Shown piece by piece: positions 39,461 to 49,480 of a stretch of DNA of 64,000 bases. The stretch lies in IMG/VR virus record IMGVR_UViG_3300033141_002732. One strand, written 5' to 3'. The translations under genes and the position numbers were made by a program. The stretch's first letter is position 1. Each line of letters opens with the position of its first letter. The DNA comes from a virus (taxonomy: Duplodnaviria > Heunggongvirae > Uroviricota > Caudoviricetes). The notes beneath the pieces were generated by a model. It was not told the DNA's origin and did no database searches. It saw only the letters and a list, made by a program, of their open reading frames with translations.

Positions 39461-40590
39461 AAACAATATTAGTAACAGGCGCTGATGGTTATTGCGGTTG
39501 GCCAACGATTTTAAGATTATTATCAGAAATTCCTATGTGTAAAGTTATAGGAGTTGATAACCAGTCAAGAAGAGAATGGGTTAAAGAAATTGGTTCTGAT
39601 AGTGTAATACCAATTTATAATTTATATGAAAGGTCTAAATTAGTTGATAAAGATAAACTTGAAGTTTTTAAAAATTGTGATTTAACTGATTATAATATTG
39701 TAAATGATTTATTTACAAAATATAAACCAGATATTGTTCTGCATCTTGCTTCACAACCTTCTGCCCCATATTCTCATATTGATATTGAACATTGTAACTT
39801 TACACAACATAATAATCTTCAAATGTTAAGAAATATATTATGGTCTTTAAATAACAATAAAATGGATCGTACTCATTTGGTTGTTACAACAACAACTGGA
39901 ATATATGGCGCGCCTTCATTTAGAATTCCAGAAGGAAATTTAGACATTGTTGATAAATTATTACCATATCCATCAATGGGTGGAAGCTGGTACCATATGA
40001 GTAGAGCACATGATGCAGCAAATTTATGGTTAGCAAATAAACAATTTAATTTTCCTATAACTGAAATGAGAACTTCTATTGTTGTGGGAAGTTCAACTCG
40101 TGAAACGAGAGTAGATCCAATTTTAGCAACAAGAACTGATGTAGATTTTTATTTTGGAGTTGTTACAAATAGATTTGTTGCTATGGCTTTGAAGAATGAA
40201 CCGCTTACAATATATGGAAAAGGTTTACAAGGGAAACCTATGATTTCTTTGGAAGATATGGTTAAATCTATGGTTGATATTTGTAAAGTTGATCCAACTA
40301 GTAGAGAAAATAAATATGAAATATATAACCAAATGGAAAAAGTAGTTCCTATAGTTGATATTGCACAAACTATTAAAGCTACAATGAATATAATGTTTGG
40401 ATTGAATGTCGAAATAAAACATATTCCAAATCCTAGAATTGAAGATGAATCTCATCATATGGAAATGGATAATTTTAAATTTAAGAAATTAATAGGTGGT
40501 AAATTTATTTGTCCTATAGAACAAGCAGTTTCTCAAATGTGTTCAGATTTGTACAAATATAAAGATAGAATAGGAAAGTTTAGTAATTAA
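39457..40590 (+). CDS. NAD-dependent sugar-nucleotide epimerase/dehydratase, SQD1 (UDP-sulfoquinovose synthase)-like
   Basis: N-terminal 'ILVTGADGYCGWPTILRL' resembles the SQD1 'GGDGYCGW' Rossmann motif; 'YHMSRAHD' YxxxK-like region. Confidence 0.55.
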   Translation: MKTILVTGADGYCGWPTILRLLSEIPMCKVIGVDNQSRREWVKEIGSDSVIPIYNLYERSKLVDKDKLEVFKNCDLTDYNIVNDLFTKYKPDIVLHLASQPSAPYSHIDIEHCNFTQHNNLQMLRNILWSLNNNKMDRTHLVVTTTTGIYGAPSFRIPEGNLDIVDKLLPYPSMGGSWYHMSRAHDAANLWLANKQFNFPITEMRTSIVVGSSTRETRVDPILATRTDVDFYFGVVTNRFVAMALKNEPLTIYGKGLQGKPMISLEDMVKSMVDICKVDPTSRENKYEIYNQMEKVVPIVDIAQTIKATMNIMFGLNVEIKHIPNPRIEDESHHMEMDNFKFKKLIGGKFICPIEQAVSQMCSDLYKYKDRIGKFSN

Positions 40591-40607
40591 AAAGGAGATA
40601 TAGAATT

Positions 40608-41606
40608 ATGTTAAATATTACAGTTCTCGGAGGATTAGGTTATATTGGAAGTCATTTAAGTAGAATGCTAGTTGATTCTGGACATAATGTAACAATTTTA
40701 GATATTGCTTGGTTTGGATTTGATCATATAAATGATGTTTTAGAGAAAGAGAATTGTGAATGGATTAATGGAGATATCAGACATTCAGAAGATCTAAGTT
40801 GTGCTATAAAGAATAGTGATGTTGTTGTTCATCTCGCAGGAATAGTTGGAGACCCTGCTTGTTCACTTGATAATGATGAAACATGGTTACAAAATATTGA
40901 ATCTTCTAATTTAATAGTAGATGTTTGTAATCATTATGATATTCAAAAATTTATATTTGCATCTAGTTGTAGTGTATATGGTGCAGCACCATCTGATATT
41001 CTTCTTAATGAAGGATCTTATTTAAATCCTGTTTCCTTATATGCAGAAAGTAAAATAAAATCTGAAAAAATCTTTCTTAGTGAATTTAATAATATATGCA
41101 CAATTTTACGATTATCTACTGTTTTTGGATATTCTGAAAGAATGAGATTTGACCTTGTTGCTAACCTTTTTACAATAAAAGCAATTAAAGAGAAAAAGAT
41201 TCAGGTGTTTGGTGGATCTCAATATAGACCTTTTATTCATTGTAAAGATGTTGCAAGAGCAATTAAAAAAGTTATTGATTTTCCAGATAAAATTAAAATT
41301 GATAAAGAAGTATTTAATATTTCAGTTGAAAATATCTCAATACGAGAACTTGGTATACTAGTTTCTGAATTAACTGATTCTGATATAGAACTTGTTGAGA
41401 CAAAAGAAGATGATAGAAATTATAAAGTATCTGCAGATAAAATAAAATGGTTACTGGGTTATAAACCATATTTTGGTTTAGCTTCTGGTATTTTACATAT
41501 GATAGAATCTATAAAAGGGAAAAGATTTGATGATTGGGTAACAAATAAACAAAAATATGAGAATGTAAATAATCTTCAAGAAAGGAGAAAAACAAACATA
41601 AAATGA
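40608..41606 (+). CDS. NAD-dependent epimerase/dehydratase (SDR family)
   Basis: 'ITVLGGLGYIGSHL' Rossmann motif, 'YAESK' catalytic YxxxK. Confidence 0.65.
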   Translation: MLNITVLGGLGYIGSHLSRMLVDSGHNVTILDIAWFGFDHINDVLEKENCEWINGDIRHSEDLSCAIKNSDVVVHLAGIVGDPACSLDNDETWLQNIESSNLIVDVCNHYDIQKFIFASSCSVYGAAPSDILLNEGSYLNPVSLYAESKIKSEKIFLSEFNNICTILRLSTVFGYSERMRFDLVANLFTIKAIKEKKIQVFGGSQYRPFIHCKDVARAIKKVIDFPDKIKIDKEVFNISVENISIRELGILVSELTDSDIELVETKEDDRNYKVSADKIKWLLGYKPYFGLASGILHMIESIKGKRFDDWVTNKQKYENVNNLQERRKTNIK

Positions 41607-42112
41607 AAAAGGAGTTTTTTATGAAGTATATAGTTTATTTAGTAGGTCAGATTACAGCAAATCCAGAAACATATGCTTGGAGAGAAAGAGTATCATTATA
41701 TTTTAATACTAACAGAAATAAAGTTGATTCTGATATTGAAGTTATTAATCCATGTAATAGTTTGTTTAATAAGAATTTAATTGATAATTGTAGAAATAAT
41801 TCTGTTGAGTATTCAAAATGGGTATTAAAACGAGATCCGAGTTTATTAGTTCCAAAAGATAGAAGATTTGTTAAAAGAGCAAATGTATTATTTGTTAATA
41901 TGAATATGTATTCTCCTGAGAAACCAATGTTAGGATCTTTTTTTGAATTAGCTTGGGCTTATGATTCTCCAGAAAAGATGGTGATTGGAATATTTAATGG
42001 AGATCATGAAAAAGATTTTCAGTGTAGACATCCATTTGTTAGTCAAATTATACATTCTTGGGTTAAAGATGAAATTGAAGCCTGTAAATTATTAGAATAT
42101 TATATTGATTAA
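41603..42112 (+). CDS. nucleoside 2-deoxyribosyltransferase-like protein
   Basis: 'YLVGQI...' N-terminus and 'PMLGSFFELAWAY' resembling the NDT 'GTAFEiGyA' active-site Glu region. Confidence 0.45.
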   Translation: MKKEFFMKYIVYLVGQITANPETYAWRERVSLYFNTNRNKVDSDIEVINPCNSLFNKNLIDNCRNNSVEYSKWVLKRDPSLLVPKDRRFVKRANVLFVNMNMYSPEKPMLGSFFELAWAYDSPEKMVIGIFNGDHEKDFQCRHPFVSQIIHSWVKDEIEACKLLEYYID

Positions 42113-42325
42113 AGTGAATTAAAGTGAGGTGAAAAATTTGAAAGAAATAAAATTTTTATTAAAACATTTATATACAACAGCATTAGTTTCTTCATGATGG
42201 TTATATGTATATATTCCTAATAATTATTCTTTATCTTTATCAACAATTTTTAGTGTAATTACTATTATTTTAGCATGTTGGTATTTAGTTTATCATTGGG
42301 ATGATTGTTAGAAAGGATTTTTGAT

Positions 42326-42568
42326 ATGATGAGAAAAAATGGGTTATTAGATTTTGTTATGGGAGTATTATATGCTACTATATTATGGGCACATTTTACT
42401 TTTAAATTGGAGTGGTTGCTTCCTTTTATTTTAATTAGTACTATTGCTACAGTAATTATGTTTGTAGTAAGATCATTTTTACAAAAGGAAAAAAGAAATC
42501 ATAATAAAACAAATAAAAAAAGTTCTTTAGAAGAAGTAACTAATGTAAAAATAGGACCTTTAGGATAG
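42326..42568 (+). CDS. small membrane protein
   Basis: Two TM helices; start moved to the ATG at 42326 (the ORF-track start is TTG). Confidence 0.35.
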   Translation: MMRKNGLLDFVMGVLYATILWAHFTFKLEWLLPFILISTIATVIMFVVRSFLQKEKRNHNKTNKKSSLEEVTNVKIGPLG

Positions 42569-42582
42569 AAGGGAGTTTTCTA

Positions 42583-43740
42583 ATGATAAAAGTTGCTGAA
42601 CCTATTATTGATGATAAAGAAATAGATGTTGCAATTTCAGTATTAAAATCTGGAAATTATACATCTGGTAAATATGTTCAAAAATTTGAAGAAATGTTTG
42701 CAGAATATATTGGAGTTAAATATGCTGTAGCTGTGAATAGCGGAACTGCTGCTCTACACCTTTCTTTATTATCATTGGGATTAACTAAAGATAGATATTC
42801 AAATGGAGAAGTTATTGTTCCACCAATGACATTTTTTGCAACTATATCTTCTGTTTTAAATGTTGGGTTAATTCCTAATTTTGTAGATACAAATTATATT
42901 TGTAATATTGATCATACATTAATAGAGTCAAATATTAATGAAAATACATTAGCTATTATACCAGTACATTTTTATGGACATCCATGTAATATGAATGAAA
43001 TAATGAAAATAGCTAATAAATATAATCTTTTTGTAATTGAAGATTGCGCTCAAGCACATGGAGCTTCTATAAATAATAAAAAAGTTGGTTCTTATGGTAT
43101 AACTGGATGTTTTTCATTTTTTGCTACTAAAAATATGACTACTATAGAAGGCGGAATGATTACTACTGATGAAAAGTTTATATATGAAAAAGCTAAAAAA
43201 TTAAGAAGTCATGGAATGATTGATAGAGATACACATTCTTTACTTGGTTATAATTATAGAATGAATGAATTATCTGGAGCTATTGGAATTGAACAATTAA
43301 AAAAGTTAGATATGTTAAATAAAAAAAGAATTGAAAATTCTGAATATTTATCTAAAAATATAAAACAAACTAATTTTATACAACCATTGTATAATGAAAA
43401 TTTTTTGACTGTCTCTAATTGTAAAAATAATACATATAAAAATGTCTATTTTTGGTTTCCAATAACAACAATGAAATTTTGTTCTGTTGATTTAAAAAAT
43501 CATTTAAAGAAGAATGATATTGGTTTTAGAAGTAGATATAATGAACCATTATATAAACAACCATTATTTAGAGAATATACATATAAACCAAATAGATGTA
43601 GATGTGAAAATGCCGAATTATTTTCTGGAGTAGTTTTTGGATTACCTAATCATCCAGGTTTATCAAGAGAGGAATTAGATAAAGTTATTGATGTAGTTAA
43701 TACTTTTGAATTTAAAGTATATGATGAATTTGATTTCTAA
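42583..43740 (+). CDS. DegT/DnrJ/EryC1/StrS-family PLP-dependent sugar aminotransferase
   Basis: 'AEPIIDDKEIDVAISVLKSGNYTSGKYVQKFEEMFAEYIGVKYAVAVNSGTAALHLSL' is the canonical family N-terminus; 'FSFFATKNMTTIEGG' has the Lys region. Confidence 0.75.
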   Translation: MIKVAEPIIDDKEIDVAISVLKSGNYTSGKYVQKFEEMFAEYIGVKYAVAVNSGTAALHLSLLSLGLTKDRYSNGEVIVPPMTFFATISSVLNVGLIPNFVDTNYICNIDHTLIESNINENTLAIIPVHFYGHPCNMNEIMKIANKYNLFVIEDCAQAHGASINNKKVGSYGITGCFSFFATKNMTTIEGGMITTDEKFIYEKAKKLRSHGMIDRDTHSLLGYNYRMNELSGAIGIEQLKKLDMLNKKRIENSEYLSKNIKQTNFIQPLYNENFLTVSNCKNNTYKNVYFWFPITTMKFCSVDLKNHLKKNDIGFRSRYNEPLYKQPLFREYTYKPNRCRCENAELFSGVVFGLPNHPGLSREELDKVIDVVNTFEFKVYDEFDF

Positions 43741-43772
43741 TTCTTTGTAATTAAAAATAAGGATATTTAATT

Positions 43773-44627
43773 TTGAAAAAATTAGACAGACAATTATATT
43801 ATATTCATAGTACAGAAGAAATATTAAAAGATTTAAATAATTGTATTAGAAAGAAAAAACCATTTTCTGTAATGAGATTTGGTGACGCTTGTTTGGGAAT
43901 TATGTGTTCTTTTTTAGCTCCAAATTTTATAAAACATGGAAAATGGAAAGGTGGACAAAAGTGTGGTTTAGCTAATTCAATATTTAGACAATTAGGAGTT
44001 CCAGTAAAGAGAAGAAAACTAATATGTAATAAACTTGTAAAATATGCAAATGAAGCTAATTATATAGATTCTTTTGATTGTTATTTTACTGAAATGAAAT
44101 CGAAAAAAGGAATTGGTAATTTAGCATTTAGTTGGAAAGAAATTCATGAATTAATTGGTATTACAAACGAATCTTATTGTAGTACTTTTTTACATTATTT
44201 TTCAATAGTGGATGGAGAATATAATTTATTTAATGTAATGAAAAATAGAAGTGTATTTTGTATAAGTAATCAAGTTCAAGTAACTAATTTATTAAAAGAT
44301 AAGAGTGGAGCTAAAATAATAGATTCATATAAAATACCAAGAAGAGGTGGTAAATTTCATTACCAAAATCATTATAGAAATGTTATAAATATGATTAAAA
44401 AGAATTCTACTAAATATGATCTATTCTTAATTGGAGCTGGATTATTAGGTAAAATATATTGTGGAGTTATTAAAGAGAATGGTGGAAGAGCATATGATGT
44501 TGGACGATTATTTGATTTTTGGGCTGGAATAAGAAAAATTGATTCTAGACCAAAAAGATTTATTCAAATGGATCATTCTAAATTTTTATGTAATAGATTA
44601 AAGAACTTTGGTGGTAAAGTTTGGTGA
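43773..44627 (+). CDS. paralog family A member 3 (TTG start)
   Basis: 'KPFSVMRFGDAC', 'LFLIGAGLLGKIYCGVIKENGGRAYDVGRLFDFWAG'. Confidence 0.45.
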   Translation: MKKLDRQLYYIHSTEEILKDLNNCIRKKKPFSVMRFGDACLGIMCSFLAPNFIKHGKWKGGQKCGLANSIFRQLGVPVKRRKLICNKLVKYANEANYIDSFDCYFTEMKSKKGIGNLAFSWKEIHELIGITNESYCSTFLHYFSIVDGEYNLFNVMKNRSVFCISNQVQVTNLLKDKSGAKIIDSYKIPRRGGKFHYQNHYRNVINMIKKNSTKYDLFLIGAGLLGKIYCGVIKENGGRAYDVGRLFDFWAGIRKIDSRPKRFIQMDHSKFLCNRLKNFGGKVW

Positions 44628-45724
44628 AAGGGAAAATAATGATGAATTGTGTATCTAAATATATAACTATAAAAGATGAAATGAAATTAGAAGCATATTA
44701 TATTAAATCTCCATTACTTTCTGATTATAATTTGTCTTTTGGATCAATTGATTGTTATGATTCAATTTTTGTAATTATATCTGATAATAATAAAATGGGA
44801 ATTGGAGAGGTTACTAATTTATTTAAGTATTCTAGATATACTATTGATGAGGTATGGAATTATACAATCCAATGGTTGTCTGATTTTTCTTTAAATAAAT
44901 TAAATTCAATTGTAAGAAAAAATTTTAAGAGTGTTGCTATTAATCTTGCAATTGAAACATATAATGATGATTTTTTAAATAAAATTTCTAATTTAAAATT
45001 AGAAGTTCCAGTTAGCTATACTTTAACTGATGTAAATGATATTGATATATTAGATATAATTAGTAAATTTGGTGATGTATTTAAATTTAAAATTGGAAAA
45101 GATATTTATCAAGATATTTATAACATTGGTTATATACAATCTAAATTAAGAGGAACTAACTTTAAACTTAGACTAGATGCTAATCAAGGTTACAGTCTTC
45201 TTGATGCTAAAAAATTTCTAAAATGTGTTCTAGATAAAAATATTGAACATTTTGAACAGTTACTTCCAAGAGATCAATCTTATATGAATCGTGAATTAAT
45301 GAAAGAATTTCCGCATAAATTTATATTAGATGAAAGTATTTTTAGTAATAGTGATATAGCAGTTATGTCTGAATCTAAAACAGCACATGGAGTAAAGTTA
45401 AAATTATTTAAACATAATAGTATACAAGAAACAATTGATCTTATATATAATATTCCAGATGAATTTGATATCATTTTTGGAAATGGAGTACAATCTTATA
45501 TAGCAACAATATATGAAATGTATATATTTAATGAAGCAAAAAAAATAAAACAAAATTTAAATCCTATTTCTGAAATTAATGGTATATTAAAATTGTCAGA
45601 ACAACTTGGTGGAGTGTCCTATTCAGGAAATAAATTAATTGTGAATGTAAGAGAATTAATTAATAATTTCTTTAAATTTTTAGAGGAACATTGTAATGTC
45701 AACAATAATAGGATTAGCTTGTAG
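44621..45724 (+). CDS. enolase-superfamily enzyme (MR/MLE-like, e.g. dipeptide epimerase/OSBS-like)
   Basis: 'FKLRLDANQGYSL' (R.DANQ..), 'FILDESIFS', 'KLKLFKHNS', in the order of MR/MLE metal ligands. Confidence 0.45.
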   Translation: MVKGKIMMNCVSKYITIKDEMKLEAYYIKSPLLSDYNLSFGSIDCYDSIFVIISDNNKMGIGEVTNLFKYSRYTIDEVWNYTIQWLSDFSLNKLNSIVRKNFKSVAINLAIETYNDDFLNKISNLKLEVPVSYTLTDVNDIDILDIISKFGDVFKFKIGKDIYQDIYNIGYIQSKLRGTNFKLRLDANQGYSLLDAKKFLKCVLDKNIEHFEQLLPRDQSYMNRELMKEFPHKFILDESIFSNSDIAVMSESKTAHGVKLKLFKHNSIQETIDLIYNIPDEFDIIFGNGVQSYIATIYEMYIFNEAKKIKQNLNPISEINGILKLSEQLGGVSYSGNKLIVNVRELINNFFKFLEEHCNVNNNRISL

Positions 45725-46934
45725 TTTAAGAAGTAAGATTGATGAAAAGTGGGTAGAAAAGGTATGTAAGGAAGAAATAAAAACTGATCAAGATTTACAT
45801 AATCTTATTGAAATACTTGGAAGAGATAAAGTTATTAGTAATTCAGATGCTTGTTTAATTGCTGCTATGTATGGAGTAGTTAAAGAAGAATGTGATATAA
45901 AAGTTATTAGAATGTCAGATTTTCATCCTTCAATATTAGATTCACTTATATTTAGAGGAGTTATTGTGTCTACTCCAGTTTATTTTGGAGATAATTCCTC
46001 ATATTCGAAAAAATTCTTTTATAAGATGAGAGATTTAAAATTATTAAATTCTAAAGTATTTTCTGTATTATCTGTTGGAGCTAAAAGAAATGGTGGTCAA
46101 GAAACAAGTAATATATTTTCATTATATGAAGCACTATCTCAAGGGTGTAGACTTGTAGGAAATGGTTTTGCTATATCACAATATGGTGGGACTGCTTGGG
46201 CTGGCGATCTTGGTTCTGTTAGAGAAGATACATATGGAATTGAAACAAGTTTAAGTACTGGAATGAATAATGCAAGAGTTTCAAATTTATTCATTGAAAG
46301 ATCTTTTAATATAAAAGAAAAAACAAAATTAAATATTACTTTTCTTAATACTAAAAATAGTAATATTTATTCTTTTGTAGATAAGTTACAAAACTTAATA
46401 CCAAAAAATTTAATAGATTTATATGTAAGTTATATTGATATTTCTAGATATTATATTTCTCCTTGTAAAGCTTGTTCAGTCTGTCCAAAACCAAATTCTA
46501 AAATTGATTATAAATGTAGACAAATTGATGAGAATAAAGAAATTTGTGAACGTTTAGTAAATTCAGATCTAATAGTTAAAGTTAATGATCATGATATAGA
46601 TTTTGATATTTTTATGGAAAGAACTAGACATTTGAGAAGAGATAATTATAGATTATCTCATATTCCATTCGTTACTTATATTGATAAACAATGCGATAGT
46701 TCTTTTGTTGTAATTAATGATTTTACTAAATTTATTAGACATAATGTAATTATATTTCCTCCTTTAATAACTACAAATTATAAAAATCAAACATTAAAAG
46801 GTAATGATACTGATGAATATTATGTAAGAAAAATGTTAGATTATATTGCAGAAGCACTTAGAATTAAGAAGAACAAAATAGAAAATAAATCTACTTTTGA
46901 ATATAAACCAATAGGTTATAAGCAGAAAGGATAA
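45696..46934 (+). CDS. flavodoxin-fold (NAD(P)H-dependent FMN reductase-like) protein with Cys cluster
   Basis: 'VIVSTPVYFGDNSSYSKKFFYKM' resembles the FMN-reductase 'SPeYngs..g.lKn..D' region; 'CKACSVCP...C'. Confidence 0.3.
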   Translation: MSTIIGLACSLRSKIDEKWVEKVCKEEIKTDQDLHNLIEILGRDKVISNSDACLIAAMYGVVKEECDIKVIRMSDFHPSILDSLIFRGVIVSTPVYFGDNSSYSKKFFYKMRDLKLLNSKVFSVLSVGAKRNGGQETSNIFSLYEALSQGCRLVGNGFAISQYGGTAWAGDLGSVREDTYGIETSLSTGMNNARVSNLFIERSFNIKEKTKLNITFLNTKNSNIYSFVDKLQNLIPKNLIDLYVSYIDISRYYISPCKACSVCPKPNSKIDYKCRQIDENKEICERLVNSDLIVKVNDHDIDFDIFMERTRHLRRDNYRLSHIPFVTYIDKQCDSSFVVINDFTKFIRHNVIIFPPLITTNYKNQTLKGNDTDEYYVRKMLDYIAEALRIKKNKIENKSTFEYKPIGYKQKG

Positions 46935-46936
46935 AT

Positions 46937-48019
46937 ATGTATAATATATTAATTTCAACTTCTGGTGCTGGAAATGCTAATAATTTGGTTAGAAGTTTAC
47001 AATCATCTAATGATCTTAATATGATTACAAATCTTAATATAATTGGTATAAATAGTTCTGAATATGAATTAAGTAAATCAATAGCGCATAAAAAATATTT
47101 AGTTCCAAAATTTAATAATCCCGAATATGTGAATTCTATTTTAGAAATATTTAATCGAGAAAAAATAGATTTTTTTATACCAAATCATGAATTTGAAATT
47201 GAAGCTTTATATAGATATGATAATCAAGAGATTTTAGATAAATGTTTTTTACCATCTTTTGAAACAGTTGTATTATGTAATAATAAATATAATTTAAATA
47301 AGAAATTACATGAAGAAGGAATTTATGTTCCAGTATCTATAAATATACAAAAATGGTTTGATATAGATTCTTATTTTGATGAACAACTAGTTGAAAAACC
47401 TGCTTGGTGTAGATTAATTAGAGGTGCTGGTTCAGCAGGTGCAACTCTAGTTTATGATAAAGAACATGCTAAATCATGGATTGAGTATTGGATAAGTCAT
47501 AAGGGAGCAGAAATTGATCAATTTATGTTAAGTGAATATTTGCCATTTGAAGATTATCACTTTTTTAGTCTTTGGAAAGATGGAAATATGATAATTGGTA
47601 AATATATTGAAAGATTAGCTTATGTATGTTCTAAATATACTTTAACAGGAACATCTTCTTCACCATCTGTTTGTAAATTAGATAATGATCCAGTAATTAA
47701 AGCGATATGTGAAGAAGCAGTTAAATGTATTGATCCAAATGCAAATGGTTTATTTGGAATAGATTTAAAATGTGATTCTCGACATTCACCATGTATAACA
47801 GAAATTAATATAGGAAGGTTTCCAAGAATTAATCCAATTTTTAGTATGGTTGGAAATAATATAGCAGAACTATTTGTAAAAATTGGATTAGGATTAGAAG
47901 AATATGAAATAGATGAAAAACTTGATGATGATATTTATTATATGTTTAGAGATTTTGATACTGAACCAGTAATAATACATGCAAAAGATTTAAAAAATAA
48001 ATATACTAATTTAAGTTAG
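46937..48019 (+). CDS. ATP-grasp ligase
   Basis: 360-aa ORF with 'ITEINIGRFP' resembling the ATP-grasp C-terminal 'E.N.R' motif and 'DQFMLSEYLP...EDYHF' central-domain-like segments. Confidence 0.45.
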   Translation: MYNILISTSGAGNANNLVRSLQSSNDLNMITNLNIIGINSSEYELSKSIAHKKYLVPKFNNPEYVNSILEIFNREKIDFFIPNHEFEIEALYRYDNQEILDKCFLPSFETVVLCNNKYNLNKKLHEEGIYVPVSINIQKWFDIDSYFDEQLVEKPAWCRLIRGAGSAGATLVYDKEHAKSWIEYWISHKGAEIDQFMLSEYLPFEDYHFFSLWKDGNMIIGKYIERLAYVCSKYTLTGTSSSPSVCKLDNDPVIKAICEEAVKCIDPNANGLFGIDLKCDSRHSPCITEINIGRFPRINPIFSMVGNNIAELFVKIGLGLEEYEIDEKLDDDIYYMFRDFDTEPVIIHAKDLKNKYTNLS

Positions 48020-48062
48020 CAATTTTATAATGTTATTATAAAATTCAGGAGGAGTTATTTTT

Positions 48063-48962
48063 ATGGTTCGTATATTTGGTACCAGATATATTTTAAAACA
48101 TTTAAATAGTTGTATAGTTCATAATAAATCTTTTTCTACTATTAGATTTGGTGATGCTTGTTTATTTATATTATCTTCAACTTTTTGTAGACAATTTGAA
48201 AAGGGAAAAGGTAAAATTTCAAATAAAATTTTTGATGGATTGAATATTCCTCCAAATAAAAGATTAGAAATAGTTCAAGATTTGGTTAAATATGCTAATC
48301 AAGCAGATTATGTTGATGCACAAAGTGCTGTACTAGTTGAGATTCCAAAATTTCTTCCTATTATGGAAGAATTTATAAAAAGTGGAAATACTAATTTTGG
48401 TCAAGTTTGGGAAAGATTATGTTTAAAAACTAAGGGACAAGGAAGAGGTGTAGGAAATGTAATGAGTAGATGGAGAGAAATTTATAAAGAATCTGGAATA
48501 ACAAATAATTCATTTTGTAGTCCTCATCTTCATTCATTTTCTATAATTGATGGTGAATATAATTTATTTGATATAATGAAAAATAGGAATATTTTTTGTA
48601 TAAGTAATAATATTGAAGTTTGTGATAGATTACAAAAAAAGAGTGGTGCTAAGAATATAGATTATTTTAGAGTTGTGAGGAGAGGATCTAAAAAACACTA
48701 TCCATTATATTATCAAAACGTAATGGATATAATATCTAAAAAAGCTATTAAATATGATCTATTCTTAATTGGAGCTGGATTATTAGGAAAGATATATTGT
48801 GGTTATGTAAAAGAATGTGGTGGTAGATCATTCGATGCTGGAAGGTTATTTGATGTATGGAAAGGTAAAAATATTAGATCTATTCCAGCTAGATTTTTAG
48901 TGATGAATAAACAAAAAATGCTTTGTGAAAGAAAGAAAAATAAAAATGGGAGAGTATGGTAA
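48063..48962 (+). CDS. paralog family A member 4
   Basis: 'KSFSTIRFGDAC', 'LFLIGAGLLGKIYCGYVKECGGRSFDAGRLFDVWKG'. Shares a near-identical 53-nt DNA stretch with member 3. Confidence 0.45.
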   Translation: MVRIFGTRYILKHLNSCIVHNKSFSTIRFGDACLFILSSTFCRQFEKGKGKISNKIFDGLNIPPNKRLEIVQDLVKYANQADYVDAQSAVLVEIPKFLPIMEEFIKSGNTNFGQVWERLCLKTKGQGRGVGNVMSRWREIYKESGITNNSFCSPHLHSFSIIDGEYNLFDIMKNRNIFCISNNIEVCDRLQKKSGAKNIDYFRVVRRGSKKHYPLYYQNVMDIISKKAIKYDLFLIGAGLLGKIYCGYVKECGGRSFDAGRLFDVWKGKNIRSIPARFLVMNKQKMLCERKKNKNGRVW

Positions 48963-49162
48963 AAATGGAGAATATAACTGAGAAAGATAAGAAACAAAAA
49001 GAAATAACTGAGAATATAAAAAGATATGTAAAAAATTTAAATTCATTAATTCTTGAAGCTTCAATGAATGACTTAAATGTTTTTTTAACATTATTATTTA
49101 GTAAAAATAATGAAAATATGTATCAACAATTATTAATTGAATATATAGAAAAAACAGGATAG
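48956..49162 (+). CDS. small hypothetical protein
   Basis: 68 aa. Confidence 0.3.
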   Translation: MVKMENITEKDKKQKEITENIKRYVKNLNSLILEASMNDLNVFLTLLFSKNNENMYQQLLIEYIEKTG

Positions 49163-49177
49163 AAAGGTATTTGAAAA

Positions 49178-49480
49178 ATGAAAGGAGCAAATGAAAAATT
49201 CTTTGATAGCAAGAGTGTAAAAAGGAGATTAGAAATACAAAAATCTTCTAAAAAGAATAAAAGTATGTTAGAAATTTTAGAAACTGAAAATGAACAACGA
49301 TATTTAGAGAAAGAAGTTGCTGATAAATTAAGAATAAAAATTAAAGAAATAAATGAAATATTAAAAGAATGTGATAATTTACAAATAGACGTTGATATAA
49401 ATTATAATAATCTTCCAAGTAGAATATATATAAATAATATTAGAAAGATAATAAACTTAGTTGAAGGAGAAATTAAATGA
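49178..49480 (+). CDS. small hypothetical protein
   Basis: 100 aa with SD 'aaaggtatttgaaaaatg'. Confidence 0.3.
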   Translation: MKGANEKFFDSKSVKRRLEIQKSSKKNKSMLEILETENEQRYLEKEVADKLRIKIKEINEILKECDNLQIDVDINYNNLPSRIYINNIRKIINLVEGEIK

